Below are positions 1 through 19,171 of a stretch of 64,000 nt of DNA, piece by piece. The translations under genes were made by a program, and so were the position numbers. The first letter of the stretch is position 1; each line of letters starts with the position of its first letter. This stretch comes from Eledone cirrhosa (taxonomy: Eukaryota), in NCBI GenBank assembly GCA_964016885.1, contig OZ024742.1, forward strand, positions 230,640,001 through 230,704,000. Reading direction: 5' to 3'. The notes below the pieces were generated by a model. It did not search any database, was not told the DNA's origin, and was given only the letters and a program-made list of their open reading frames with translations.

Positions 1-166
1 ATTTCGAAGATGTCATACAACAGTGTAGTGATTCAATCGTATAGCTAGCTAAATATGAAGTGATTGGAGTGAGCACAGCTAGGCAAGAAATCATTTATAT
101 TAATAATACATTGCGCTCCCTTCTTACAACGTTTGTAACAAAACTACGAGATAGAATCTATTTACT

Positions 167-362
167 TAATAATTGTTTCTACTTGTTGGCACAAGGCCAG
201 CAATTATCCCAGTGTATTTATTTTATTTTGCTTTATTTTATCGACCCCGTAAGGATGAAAGGCAAAGTTAACCTCGGCGGGATTTGAACTCAGGACATAA
301 AAGGCCATAACTCTTTGCTGCAAACCATGGCGTCAGATCCTCTACCGATACTGCCAATCCAC
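167..362 (-). mobile_element. tRNA-derived SINE, family A (~190 bp)
   Basis: Minus strand has A-box TGGCAGTATCGG, B-box GAGTTCAAATCC, central GCCTTTCATCCTTACGGGGTCGATAAAATAAAG and an ATT tail. Near-identical copies occur elsewhere in the window. Confidence 0.85.
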
Positions 363-369
363 ATACGAA

Positions 370-680
370 CGTGGCTTATTGTTGAGGTACTCGACTCAAG
401 GTCGAAAAGTTCGAATTCAATAACTGGTGATGCGTTGTATCTTTAAGCAAGGCATTTTATTTCACGGTGTTTGAGTATACTTAGCTGGAAAAAAATTGTT
501 GTACCTGTAATTCAAAGGGGCTAACCTTGCCATATATTTGTCACGACGAATATCCCAGAAAACTATGTTCAGGGTGCACGTATCTATAGAATTCTCAGGT
601 ACTTGTATGTTAGTTTCACAAACAAACTGTTCCCTTGGTGGTACAACTGGAACACTCGTCGTTGGAACCGACGGAGGTTC
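370..680 (+). mobile_element. older tRNA-derived SINE, family B (degenerate)
   Basis: tRNA-like head followed by an AGCAAGGCATTTTATTTCAC core. The 3' body is similar to 8560-8880, 9730-9890, 28647-28985 and 38880-39043. Confidence 0.6.
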
Positions 681-2790
681 ACAACGACAGCAATTCATTG
701 ATGGGCTTGATCTGCGAGTGTTACATCTACTTAAGCCCATTGTTTACCTATACTTAATGCACAATATTAAATTCCTTTAGGAAAATACGAGTGTGGCACT
801 ATATACGTACATTAATACCTTTTGTATATGAATATATTTTATAAATCTACATATTGAACATGTTGTTCAAGCTTAATGGAGCACCTTACTTTCTATGATG
901 CGCCATATATATTCTGTCTTTGTAAAAGTTACAGAGACAATAAAAAGCAACTCGTCCAAATAACACCAATGATCTGCAATATTGCGAGCGATTCGTTTGG
1001 ATTCATATTGCTTTAAAATAGGAAAATAAAACCTCACCTATAAACCTTTTGTGATATTTCTGGTTATAAATTAAAACGTTGGAACAAGCTGTGGAACCTC
1101 CTCAGTTAATAAGACATTTAAAGCATCAAGGAGCATAATGTATATATAAATTATCACTTTTTTGTGATTATATGATGTGAAAGCAGTGATCCAAAATAGA
1201 ATATCCACGCCTTTGGTTTTACATCTTCCGCACAGATTAGCAACAACCACAAAAATTATTTTAAAAAAAAATACTTTTGTATAATACAGATGATATATTG
1301 GTTTGTTTCTTTGTGATATATATGTATGACGTCACATGTTGTAATGCGCAGTATGTGATTTGATTGTCGTTCTAATAATTGTACGGTTGAAACGGTTGTG
1401 AATTGTGAAATAGCTCTTAATTTCATTGTGCACAATTCGAATGATTTCACAGAGACTTATAATAGGCTCTGTTAGATTTCAAAGTAACATTCTATATCAT
1501 GTTCGGAATAAAGGAATAAAGGAATTCAAACCAAAAAACTATAACATAATGTAACATAATGTCACATTACAACCCTTTAAGCGAACTATAACATTTCCAT
1601 GGTCGACTAGTCAGCTACAATATTTAGTATATTAAAAGAATCCTTAATGTAATTATATTTGCGACAGCTTCATGCTAAATCAAACATATATTTTACTATA
1701 TTTTTGCTTGTTTGTGTATGTATGTGTTTTTATGGTCGTTATCAAAGTTGACTTGCTTTATTATTTTCGTTTTTCTTTTTCTTTTTTGTTCCTTTCCATC
1801 GATGCATTTTTATGACACTAGAACTATTTCAATTGGACATTTTCTTGATTATTGGTTTCGTATAATTCCCCAAACCTCGTCCTAATTGTACATCACACTG
1901 AATCAATGAGCATTCCAGTAATCAGTGAAAACCTTGACTGTTGCAGTTTGTAAAGAAGAATTTCAAAATGCATAGCGATAAGTTCAAAGCGGAGTGATCA
2001 ATAAACCGGTATTCAAATAACATCCTAGAAAAAAAAGAGAGAAAGAGACAAGACATACAATGTGATTAATGCTTCTTTTTTGTATTTCTCCTCTACACGT
2101 TCGTTTCTTTTTTAATAATGTTATTGATCGCTGACTGTAGTGTAGTTCTGCTGTGCTAAATAAACTTTCTGAAGGTGACTAGAAAACAAGTGATGACTAT
2201 TAATTAAGCAAGTAGTCAGCTTTTGAAGAGTATTTCAGACACAACGTTTATTTTCAGTGAAGTGACGCTTTCATTAGGCGACATAATGTTCAATTTCTAC
2301 CAACCATATAAGATAACCACTCTATCACTAATATCAACACTCACCATTTTATCAGCCAAAAAATCATGAAACAAATTCTGCTATTTTGGTTTTAATACAA
2401 CGTAAATAATTGTCAACATTTGATTGATTTTAGCCGATAATTAGGGAACCTCTTATTATAAAAACCAAATAATACTACCAAACGCATAGTTCTATTACGA
2501 GGGAGAGAAATAACCTTCGAAAACATAGTTTACCTTGAGATGTGCTATCAATTGGGATGGTCGATCGTGTGCAGTTTTCGAACCTCGGTTGATACAAGTT
2601 CAGTACAATTATAATTCTAAAAACTCTGTAAAATTTAGGAACATCATACTGTCTATTTCTCAGCCAGCCTAATATATGATTTTGTTTATACATATATATT
2701 TTGAGATGAAACCGCAACGGAATTCATTCAATTCAGGCAAACACACTTGTAGCCTTATTTTCTATTTAACACTTTTGTTACCATATCATT

Positions 2791-2980
2791 GGTGAATTGG
2801 CAGCATCGGTAGAGCGTCAGACACCATGCTTTACAGCATAGAGTTATGTCCCTTTACGCTCTGAGTTCAAATCTCACCGAGGTTAGCTTTGCCTTTCATC
2901 CTTACGGGGTCGATAAAATAAAGTACCAGTAATGCTCTGGGATAATTACTGGCCTTGTGCCTAAAGTAGAAACAATTATT
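2791..2980 (+). mobile_element. SINE family A
   Basis: TGGCAGCATCGG A-box, GAGTTCAAATCT B-box, central GGGGTCGATAAAATAAAGTACCAG, ends GAAACAATTATT. Confidence 0.85.
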
Positions 2981-2992
2981 AAATAGGTGTTT

Positions 2993-3213
2993 AGGGCGCT
3001 GAATTTACATTATCGGTCGAACGTCGGAGAATATGCTTTGTGGCATATAGTTATGCCACTTTACGTTCTGAGTTCAAATTCCCTTGAGGTTAACCTTCAT
3101 TCCTTCCTTACGATTCGATAAAATAAAGTACCAGAAATACACTGGAATAGATTTACTCGACTTTCCCCTCCCTAAAAAATTGTTCGCCTTGTGCCTAAAT
3201 CAGAAACCATTAT
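2993..3213 (+). mobile_element. SINE family A, older tandem copy
   Basis: Diverged copy directly downstream of 2791-2980 with the same B-box, central domain and tail. Confidence 0.75.
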
Positions 3214-5116
3214 TAAGTTGGTGTTTGGAAGGTCAAAAATATTCTTACAAATATTAATGATAAAAAGGTTTTTAGATAGTCATAAGTATTTAAGACATAC
3301 ATCTTTATCTCATGGGCTCTGAGCCGGTTTTTTCTTTCGGTTTGGTATTAAGACTTAGTACTACTTCGCCTCAACAGAGTTTAGTGTAGTGTAGTTTCAA
3401 TATTATGTTAATATTGAATCACCGAAGGAGTATCCACTTTACTTGTCTAGGGTGACACATTTCATAAACTCATTATTACTAACATCTTTCGTGAGTTAGA
3501 AAGAAATGTCTACATATATAACAAATTCCAGACAAATCCTACATTTCTTTGAACAGTTTATTTATATTATATAATTCATCTCATATCTAAATAAGCAAAT
3601 ATGAGAGACTTATATTTATTAGTCATAAGGATTACTATAACTATTTCAAAATAGAGTTGTAGGTGCGTCTTCTGTGCATTTGAAAACCTGGTAGCACCCA
3701 TCTCTCTCAGAAAGAGGATAATCATCCCCAGTATAGAATTGGTATTTTCTTTATCGACCTAGTATGATGAAACGCAGACCCGAAATGAAACCCGCAAAGC
3801 GTTTTGTCCGATGCCCTGATGACTCTGCTAGTTTGATGCTCACACATTACAAACTAACAAAACACACATCAACAACAATCATTAAATTATGTATTTGCAA
3901 CACAGTGCCTTTGGCTATAATTATATACATTGGTATTTAACCCCAGGTCAATTAACCTTCATACAACAGGGTTATCATCAACTGCGTTGCAGCTGTGACT
4001 ATCCCACCTGCTTCAGCCTATCTCTAACTGCATAATATTTTCCTTATTTAAGATACAATTTAGTGTTTGTTTGTCAAGTGACTACGCAAAGAAGTCATTG
4101 TTTAATTATGAGTTTAATCTACATTTTATTTAACTGAAGCGCTTCACATCTACCTAGATATGCTTCTAAATTGTTATTTTATCTTAGAATATTAGTGGTG
4201 TTTGGGAAATATATTAAAATATGTAATATTTAATGTATTTCGCTTTAATGTCACACCAGTTTGTCTCATTCATTTCTTTTCTTATTTACATCCGATTTCT
4301 CGTTATTCACATAATGTCTACAATTTTAAGTGCAAATTATTAAAATGTTTTCTTTAATGTTTTCAAACATAATAAACAAACACAACTTTAAATAAATATT
4401 AAAACATGGTAAAACATTTCCCCTACATTAGAAACACTCTATCGGTTAACAAGAAAATATTTCTAAAGACGAAAGGTTTTTAGGTGGCATCAAAAGTTCT
4501 TTCATATTTATGTAATTAGTATAATCTAGTATAAGCATTGAAAAAATATCTATTATATGTAAAATATTTTTTCATTCATGTACGAGAGAGAATATTTTGT
4601 AATTTCTTCTAGTGCACTTAAAACAATACTTAAAAAAAAACAATCTAACAATTCAGTAAAAGCTAATATAGTTAATGCATAATTATTATTGAATAAATTC
4701 CATATATCAATTAATACGTGATTGGGAAAATGATAAGAACGATCTTGATTATTAGAATAACGATCATGGCAGTGATAAAGGCAATGGTGACTGTAATCAA
4801 TACCGATATGGCTCACCGAAATGGTTTTATCTATTGATCAGCAATTTAAATTAATAAAGAAAGTGAGTATCGATAGCTGAATTTCGAAATCTGTTAGACT
4901 AATTCACCAATTTCAATTTTTTCAATAGCTGATAAGGAAAGACCCGGTTCCGTACGCAATAAAACTTAATGGCATTTAACTGTTTTATTTAACGGAGAAG
5001 CATCAGGATATAACGAAGTTTGCATTCTTTATAGTTGAGTCAATTATTGATATATTCCTAATCGCTAATCAAGGACACTACCTGACTAATGTGTTAGATA
5101 TAGAAACGTATTTGTG

Positions 5117-5158
<42 letters not shown>

Positions 5159-5189
5159 AGAGGTGTGTATTGTGACGTTTTAGAACATT

Positions 5190-5268
<79 letters not shown>

Positions 5269-5547
5269 GTATATATATGTATATATATATATTCATTTGT
5301 GCGTGTGAGTGAATTTATAATTATAAATGAATATATATATATAATGAATGAAATAACCAGGGTTGATTTGATTTACTTTATTTAATAGATTTACGAACGA
5401 TTCTTTCAAATACAGAAGGAAGTACTATTTTATTCCTTTGTAGTGAATTCCTCAGAATCATTAAATAATATAAAAACAGTAATTGTGTACCAACCGTATG
5501 TCCGAACATCACCAAATTCGAAAACTAAAACGTATAAAGTCTAAATG

Positions 5548-5820
5548 CTGTCTCAAGTCCGGAGTCTCAACAGGCCGGTGCTTATACCAGATTCCATGGC
5601 GTTAAGCAACTGAGAGTACAATACTCCACTAGACAATACGCCAGTCCATCACAGTGTTAAAATCCCAACTATTGCTGGTACTCATTTTCAGTTGAGCATA
5701 CTGGAGTAACATGAAATGAAGTGTTTTGATCAAGAACACAACACACAACCTAGTCCAGAAATTGAAACCAAAACGTTATGGTCATGAGACCAACAGCCTT
5801 ACCACTAGGCCATGCGCTTC
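5548..5820 (-). mobile_element. tRNA-derived SINE, family C (CORE-like)
   Basis: Minus strand begins GCATGGCCTAGTGGTAAGG (A-box), then GGTTTCAATTTC (B-box-like) and a GTGTTCTTGATCAAAACACTTCATTTCA core. Confidence 0.65.
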
Positions 5821-8006
5821 CATATATATATATATATGTGTGCGTGTCCGTGTGAATTTGTGCGTGTGTATGTGTGTGTACGTGTCCATGTGTATATATA
5901 TGTATGTATATATATTCCATTATATATCTCGACTATCATCCAAAAAAGGCTTCTAAACAAACGCAAACTATTAGCCAAATACAAAATACACAGTTATAAA
6001 TTAAAACATACGTTTTAGAATACATATATGTGTCTGTGTCTGTGTGTTTCAATGTGAGATACCGAAATAATTTGTCACTCGTGATTGTATATATACAAAG
6101 AGTGTGTGCATTTTAATGCTTTACCATACAATGTTTGTGAATATATAAGTATTTATCTCGGTACTATTATTCATGGCGTACTGAGTATCAAATACTGTTA
6201 CGTCTTGCATGTCTAAGTTAAAAATGGAGAAAAATAGATAGAATACTACTGCTTATCTTTTAATATCAATTATAGTTAACTGAATTATGGATATCAGGTA
6301 TATGAAGATAGTTAAGCATTATTATGGTTTCGTAAGCCTTAAATTATATATTTAAGATAACTAGACATTGCTTTGTGAGGCACCATCGTGATGCTATGCG
6401 AAGTTTGAGATATTCTATTTCATTGTACACATATTAGATACTAAACAGCATTGCATAAATTGCTATATATACATGGTTAGAATTGTGTTAACATAGAATA
6501 CGAATTATTGCCTGTTTAATATCTATTTTTGTTCCATTGTAAAGCTCGAGTCTTTTGGCTCTTAGCTCTCCGAGTTCAAATTCCACCGATATCCACCTCA
6601 CCTTTGATTCCTTCTGTGTACTATGAAGAAAATGCCTGCTAAGTGCTGGTCCATCCATCTCACATTCAGGCAGTTACATCCTAGATTGAAAGATTGTAAT
6701 TGATTTCGCACGTTTACATAAACACCTAAAGATCTTTACTACCAAATCATAGTAAATTCTGAGTAGCAGCTATAATATCTTTAAGAGTAGATATTACTAT
6801 ATATATTATAATATCTTTAAGAGAAGGGTAAACATCGGATTATATTGTATTACATCTACGGTGCCTGATCTTTCTTTTATGTTTGAACTCGAACCCATGC
6901 TATAGTGCATACGCACTGCTCACTAATTATATTTCAGTATAAATGGTAAAGGCTTAGATACCACTTACATAAGTAAACGAACGAATTTTCCGTTCATATA
7001 GTTCATATTATTGATCGAAAACTTTTCAGAGTAAACTTGGTGAACACGTAATTGATTCATTTTTCTTCATGAATAAAGGTACAATTTGATAGATAGACTG
7101 GAGATGTATCAATAGCAAGATGAAGGTCACTTAACTCATATTTCTTACTATTAATAATATAACGCCAATGTTTAATTTTCAGACATTACTACTAGCGTTC
7201 ACCTACTGTTGAATCTATTGATTTCAGCCGGTTCTTTAATAGCGAATCAGTAGATACCTGGCATTTGATCTTCTATCTCAGCAAATTCGACCCTGCTTCC
7301 GGTGGAGTTGTATAACCAGAACGGGGAGTTGGGGAGCATCAAACGATTTATATTAAAATGCACGGAATGCACTTCTAAAATTATCTAGGTTATGTTGTCG
7401 CTTCAGGAACTTTCGAATACATATACCAAGATATTTCATCATTTTTCCTATATCATATTCTTTACATGACAAAAGCATCGCACTGCTACTCTTCAGACTT
7501 GAAAATATTATTAAGAAAATCAATAGATACGACCAAGAAATATAGTCGAAATTATTTTTCTTTTCGGTAATGCATTGCTTTCAAATTTTGATATTTTAAT
7601 TTTACATGAAATACTTTAACAATTCTTTATCAAATTGAACATTCTTAGCTGTAATTTTAGTAAATTTAGTTATATCTCTGTATGAACAGCAATGTGTATT
7701 ATCACATGAATTACTGATCGATCATCGATATTAAATTCATATGAAGTTTTCCAGTGTCTAAACAGGAACTTCTCGATGTATATTGAACTGAATAAAAGAT
7801 AGGTATATAAAGTTTAATCCCGATAAGTATATAGTACAGGATTTACCAGGAGGGCACGTATGTGTATATAAATAACATATTTACGTATTTTCGTGTAGCT
7901 TACATGTTTTATTTTTGAATCTACGTGGAAACACATAATTTTGATATGTTTATACCTGTATTTATTTTCAATGTGTATTCACATGCACATTAACGTCGTG
8001 GTTTAC

Positions 8007-8199
8007 CAAACTGCCATCCTCTAAAAACCCAAACTGAGAGTACCATGAAAACAGTACCACAAAACGGGGAGAAATGAGGCAAAATGGGAGGATTTTATAC
8101 AATGAAAGCTATACCCATTTTCACAAGAGAAGACATCTTTCACCCACCCTAAATTGGGTGGGAGATCTCCCCGTCGGACAGAGAGAGTTGACAGGTCTG
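8007..8199 (+). mobile_element. ~190 bp MITE with CAGACCTG...CAGGTCTG terminal inverted repeats
   Basis: Five copies in the window share the internal GGGAGATCTCCCCGTCGGA motif and CAG..CTG termini. Confidence 0.75.
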
Positions 8200-9428
8200 T
8201 CTCTAATGTATATATACAGAATGGATATATTTCAACTGTTCATAGTACAATTTAATATACTTGGCGACAAGTTGTGACTCTAGGAACTCATATCAATGAT
8301 AACAGTTACGTTATGTTTTAATGGAATTAGGGGAACGACCTAGTAATTTAGACGGGATACGTTTCTTCAATCTCTGCTGTACGACATTGTACAACATTTG
8401 TTACACTATGTATCGCATATGAATATATAAACATAGTAAATATATATATCCCATATATCGACCAGCAGTACACCTTAAACAATACCGGCAAATAATTGAA
8501 AATGTTTGTTGCTTTCGAGAAGGCAGTATATGCGGATATTCTGAATAAAATGATGTCCATGTAAGAGTTTCGGTTTGCAATCATGAGGCCCCGGATTCGA
8601 TCACACTGCATGGCACCTTGAGTAAGTGTCTTTACCATAGCCTCGTGACAACCACGTCTTTTTAGTTAAATTGTAATGACGGAAACTGTCGAAGACCGTC
8701 AGATGGATTTCACCTTTAATCCGAATGTTACATATTGTGTAACTGTGTCTGAACCTGAGAATTACGTTAAAGATGTACGTATCTCTGGAATACACAACCA
8801 TATGCTATTGAACTCATGAGTCGAACGTTCGGCTCATAGGACAACTAAATGCTCATCGTCGAAACCAACAGGTGGTCCATAATCATCATATATTTTAGGA
8901 TGATTGAATTATTGATCAGAATTCAAACATATTTGTTTTGCTCATAACATCAGTTTATACATAAAATACAAAAGGTTTTGTTGATACACAATGTGCATGT
9001 GAATATTATCTTGTAATAAAACATGTATATTCACACATTCTTCCTCATAAATTCACAAGGATTATCCCACTGTCTCGCAATTTATGAATATATAAATATG
9101 ATATCACATAAACTGACAAAAACAATACGAATTCACTCATTTAAGTATTTATTCTCGCATGACCCTATACACATGCTTATCGATAATACAGTTACGACAC
9201 CGATTTTCCAGCAACTGATTGTCCTTCCCCACTTTTAATTCAGGATTAATTAAGTGAGCTTTTGAATTTCTTGCCTGCTTAGTGAAGGTTATAGGGTGAC
9301 CACAAGTGACATTTTATGTCATTTTTAGATATCTAAATATCTCAATACAGTTAGGTGTTGAAGCTCGGATGAATTAGAGAAATTCCTATCCATTTTTACT
9401 AACAGTCATCCCTAGATTGCTGCTTCCA

Positions 9429-9620
9429 TAGACCTGTAAACTCTCCCCGTAGGACGGGGAGATCTCCCACACACTTTGGGGTGGGTGAGGGATGTCTTCT
9501 CTTGTGAAAATCGGTATAGCTTACATTATGTAAAATCTCCCCATTTTGCCTCATTTCTCCCCGTTTTGGGGCCTTTTTTATGGAACTTCCCGTTTGGGTT
9601 TTTAGAGGTTGGTAGGTTGG
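9429..9620 (-). mobile_element. MITE (same family as 8007-8199)
   Basis: Reverse-complement copy starting AGACCTGTAAACTCTCCCCGT. Confidence 0.75.
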
Positions 9621-11683
9621 CTTCTAGTGTAAAGGTATGCAGCTTAGTGTCTTTGATTTCCGGATGTACGTTATGCCTTTAATCGAGGCACCTTATCTCC
9701 TTTTACTCCTGCACAGTCACTTGGCAAAAGAAAATTATAGCTGTGTCACTTTGAATCTCACTGACAATTTCGTTAACAGTGCATATATCTATAGAATACT
9801 CTGCCATGTGCACCGTTAATGTCACGACAAGGTTGTTCCTTTGAACCAACATCTGGCATGCTTGTGTTCCTAACCGACATCAATCTGTGGTAGACGAAAT
9901 ACTTCTAAATACTGGGTTCGATAAAATTGCTGGACTTGTGTCTAATGTAAAAAAATAACCTCTTATTAAGCGTCCTCTGATAGAATTTGGCACATATCTG
10001 GAAGGAAGGTACCAGGAAATCGTCTTTTCTTTCTGTGTATGACATATCAAGATTGAAAGGTTTTCCTATGGCATTCTATCATTTAAAAATAAGGCATTTT
10101 CCTTCCATACTCAACATTTGTTTGTTTATTTTTGTTGTTTTTTTTTGTTTTTAAATAATGCAATTTGTTTTTGATGTAACAATTAACATTTCATAATTTC
10201 ATTTAAAATGAAGCAAAACATTATAACGAAATAAAATATAATCGAATATTCCCGTTCCTTTGTTAGTTGACTCAACAAACATTTTCATTTCAGAAGTTGA
10301 AAATATAATTTTCTTTTTGCAATAGAAATCGCTTTAATAATGTTTTTTTAAAAAAACGCCTTGAAAAATAACTTCTGAAAAATTGATTTTGATTTTGTAA
10401 ATACTTTTTTTTAAATATTTATTTATTATTATTACAAACCATTATTATTATTATTATTATCATTCATTTAATGAAGGAATACTTTGTTTTCTTTTTTGTC
10501 TTAACAAAATGTCATCTAACCGCGTGCATTTACTTCAGATCAGACCACCTTAGGAGAGTCTGTAATAAAAGTTACAAGATGCAGTGATCTCAACCGTCAC
10601 TGCAATAATTAATGTATGTTACAAATACAGAAAAAAACAATATGCAAGAAAGAAAAAATCGTGTCTGTCATTATTTTTTTATACTTTACAGATTTTTTTC
10701 TAAACAATTTGTTTTTCCCTCAGAAAATATTTCTTTTTACATTGATTATTCGGTAGAGTATGTATTAGATTTTAATAATACCATATGCTCGGAGCAGATC
10801 GTGGCAGAAACCGTAAAATGGCGTTTCGTAATGCCTCAGCGTATTTCCTTGCGTTCCTTTACATTGAGTGTAACTTCACCCGAAACTATTCGAATTTTCT
10901 GCTATAGAATCTGAGGAAATATGTACTGGGTATATCATGTTATTCCATATGCCCTTAACACGTACTAGCGTGGTAGCAGCGTTGTTGTAAGATACGGCGC
11001 ATCTTAGGTATTTAAATATGGTAGAACTTTTCCTCTCCAGATCGAAATACAACTAATTTGTTCCAGAGAGAGTATAGACCTGGATTTAAACTCATGACAC
11101 AAAGAGCCGGAACGAATATGTTATGCATTCTCCCCAACGTTCTGATTAGGGTGGGGGTAAAAATAAGTATCATATTTCTGACAGTTCACGTGACCTCCAA
11201 TATATAATGTAATGGTGTGTTATGTTACGTACGAGGTTTGGATTGTATTCAATAAGTTAAGCAATGAGAGAATAATTTGTGTATCTATTGATCATAGGGG
11301 AGTCAGCGTGTGTCATTTGTTTCTCCATTATTTATATCCTAGAAAATATCTTCCTCTGAATGAAATTTTATCACATCACGCTAACTTTCTAAAGATTTAT
11401 TTACTGAACAAGAATATTCCCATTGATCTCTTAATGGTCACTTCACTTTCAACGTTTGTTTAATGAGCTGTTGCGTTTGATTCTCTTTTCATGTTTTTAC
11501 AGCACTGACGTTTAATTTCGCATCGTTGTTAGAACTTTTGTTAGGTTATCAACCAAAATGTTGAAACATGAAACGTACTAGCTTCAATTCTGCTCTAAAA
11601 CTTAACTCATGTTTATATATCTAAATTGTTTATGTTTTACTTTCTTTACATCATCGGAAGATAACTCCATGTACCTACAGCAT

Positions 11684-11731
<48 letters not shown>

Positions 11732-11810
11732 TGTGTGTGTATGTCTGTGTGTGCGTGTATGTATATATGTATGTATATATGAATATATGTATGTATATAT
11801 GTATATATGA

Positions 11811-11863
<53 letters not shown>

Positions 11864-11962
11864 CATATGTATGTATATATATGTATATATGTATATATAT
11901 ATATAAGGTCTATATATATATAATATATATATATACAATGTGTATATATGTATATATATATA

Positions 11963-12152
11963 TAATTGTTTCTACTTTAGGCACAAGGCCAGCAATTACC
12001 CAGTGCATTACTGGTACTTTATTTTATCTACCCCGTAAGGATCAAAGGCAAAGTCAACCTCGGCAGGATTTGAACTCAGATCGTAAAGGGACGTAACTAT
12101 GCTGGAAAGCATGGCGTCCGACCCTCTACCGATACTGCCAATCCACCGCCCT
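11963..12152 (-). mobile_element. SINE family A (young copy) within (TA)n
   Basis: Near-identical to 43592-43777. Confidence 0.9.
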
Positions 12153-12254
12153 TGTATATATATATATAATGTCTATATATATATATTCAATGTCTATATA
12201 TGTATATATATATAATGTCTATATATATATAATATATATATATACAATGTCTAT

Positions 12255-12294
<40 letters not shown>

Positions 12295-12419
12295 TTTTAT
12301 TTTTTTTTTTTTAACGATCGACTTTCGTCAAATCGGACCGAGGGAACAATGTTTCCGTTGGTCTTTCCAATTGCTAATACTATCTATCGGTCGCAACTCC
12401 AGGTATATATCTTCTATTT

Positions 12420-15423
<3,004 letters not shown>

Positions 15424-15639
15424 TATATTGTTATACTTGGGGAGGGTCATATTTGCGTAATATTGCCAGAATTAATAACAGAACACACTCACTGTTGGTT
15501 GGTTTTCGCTTCTCGCTGTCTTTTATATCTGCGATTTAACTTACTCGGTCCTCAATGTTGCCATTGACTGACCGACGGTCAAAAATAATACAGATACAAT
15601 ATAGACACAAACACTTATATATAGTTTACATAATTTATA

Positions 15640-15678
15640 TAAATCTTGCGTTGTACATCTGCAACATCGTCAGTGGTG
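15640..15678 (-). ncRNA. decayed hammerhead ribozyme motif
   Basis: CCA-CTGACGA-T-GTTG..CAAC-GCAA, with GAAA changed to GCAA. Sits at the position homologous to the intact motif at 61968. Confidence 0.5.
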
Positions 15679-15958
15679 TTATATTCTTTGTTCCTCCTGT
15701 TGTGTTGTATGTCTACGCCATTTTTTATTCAGTCTGTCTAAAAATTACTTATTTATTTGCTTGTTTGTTTATCTTATTTTATTTTGTCTTCTTTGCGCAT
15801 GCGTTTGCGTGTGTGTATAGTGCTATGTGTGCTGTGTGACTAGTGTGTATAGTGTTGTGTCTGCTGGGTGACTATTGTGTGTTTATGTGCTTGTTGTTAT
15901 TGTGCTTGTGTATGTATTTATTTATCTTATTTTATTTTATTTTATTTTATTTACTTAT

Positions 15959-16393
15959 TTATACTTCTCTTAGGTCAGTGTTGTTTGTTTGGGTGTTGTT
16001 GTTGTTCCACTCATTCTTTCTGTTTAGCTTTGGTCTTCTAATTTCTATTTCACTGGCCTCTCTGATTTGCCTATCTGCTGGGTCATTCCTATGTTTAGAT
16101 ATTATTCTAATTTGTATGTTGTCTATGTTACCGTCATGTTGTTGTCTAGCATGTTCGTATAGTACTGAACCGTTTTTTCGTCCTTTTAGTTCCCCCCAGT
16201 GTTGGTCTATCCTTTCACCTATGCTACGAGCTGTCTCACCTATGTATGTTGTTGTCATGTTTCTGCAAGTACCCTCTGTACATCTTATGCTATAGACTAC
16301 GTTTCTAGTTTTACAGTTTATCCGGGGGTTCACCTTACATATAATACATTTCCTATTGGTACAGTGGGTTTTCTTAAAAGGGTAGGTTTTGCT
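15959..16393 (-). pseudogene. PLE GIY-YIG endonuclease domain (open, N-terminally truncated)
   Basis: [23 protein letters not shown]...C...[17 protein letters not shown]...LYEHARQQH...RQIREASEI...PKLNRKNEW matches VVY-YIG motifs with CCHH-type residues and a Cys-rich linker. Confidence 0.9.
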
Positions 16394-16566
16394 GATATAT
16401 ATATATACATATATATATGTATATATATGTATATATATATATGTATATATATATATGTATATATATATGTATATATATATATATATATACATATATATAT
16501 ACATATATATACATATATATATACATATACATATATATATACATATATATATTCATATATATATAC

Positions 16567-16601
<35 letters not shown>

Positions 16602-16857
16602 CATATATATATACATATATATATACATATATATATATACATATATATATACATACATATATATATATACATATATATATATACATATATATATATACAT
16701 ATATATATATACATATATATACATATATATATATATACATATATACATATATATATATACATAGATACATATATATATATACATAGATACATATATATAT
16801 ATATATACACATATATATATATATATACACATATATATATATACACATATATATATA

Positions 16858-17200
16858 TAAATCGCAATATAAAATCTAAATCGCAACTCATAACAACAAT
16901 ACGGCACAATTATTTCACCTCAATCGGCCCTGCTCTCTTCAACATCACACCAGGACACGTCAAAACAGAAACTGACCACACAAAATTCAAGAAGTCTTTG
17001 GACAAATTCCTCCAAGTAATCTCGGACAAACCACCCACACCCGGATATGTCTCCGCAAACAGTAATTCTCTTCTCGAATGGGCCATGGTGCCCAAATCCT
17101 GAATTGAAAGACTTCGCCAGGTGGTGCTATTAAGTTAGACATGGCCTGGGCCAATACTGGCCAAAACATTTCAAAGTTATTCAAAGTTATTCAAAGTTAT
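16858..17200 (+). mobile_element. 3' end of CR1/L2-group LINE
   Basis: RT C-terminus [15 protein letters not shown]...[21 protein letters not shown]...SNSLLEW, stop at 17102, short UTR and a (TTCAAAGTTA)x3 tail. Confidence 0.85.
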
Positions 17201-18921
<1,721 letters not shown>

Positions 18922-18944
18922 TTTCATTTTCTTATAGCATTTTA

Positions 18945-19083
18945 AGAGGGTCCCTCGAGCTGCCGATTATTAAGCCGGGTAGGATCGATATAGATCGAAC
19001 CTTGAGCTGATCAGTGGCTAAACGCGCGTCACCTATCAATAAATGCAATGAAGGAATAATCAATCGTCCTTGTTATCCTTTCA

Positions 19084-19085
<2 letters not shown>
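18945..19085 (+). mobile_element. PLE pseudo-LTR fragment with decayed long-stem-II hammerhead
   Basis: GCTGCCGAT...ATCAGTGGC-TAAAC-GCGC-GTC followed by AATAAA. Homologous to 27253-27390. Confidence 0.5.

Positions 19086-19171
<86 letters not shown>

Larger units (their letters stand above)
15424..16395 (-). mobile_element. 5'-truncated Penelope-like element (Neptune-like): GIY-YIG domain, 3' UTR and pseudo-LTR
   Basis: GIY-YIG coding region, then an A/C-rich UTR, a decayed hammerhead and a restart of the ORF (MTLPKYNNI). Both flanks are (TA)n. Confidence 0.85.

Noticed and set aside
2791-2880. tRNA genes at A/B-box motifs
   Set aside because: Box spacing is too long, there is no cloverleaf, and the motifs are always followed by a SINE body.
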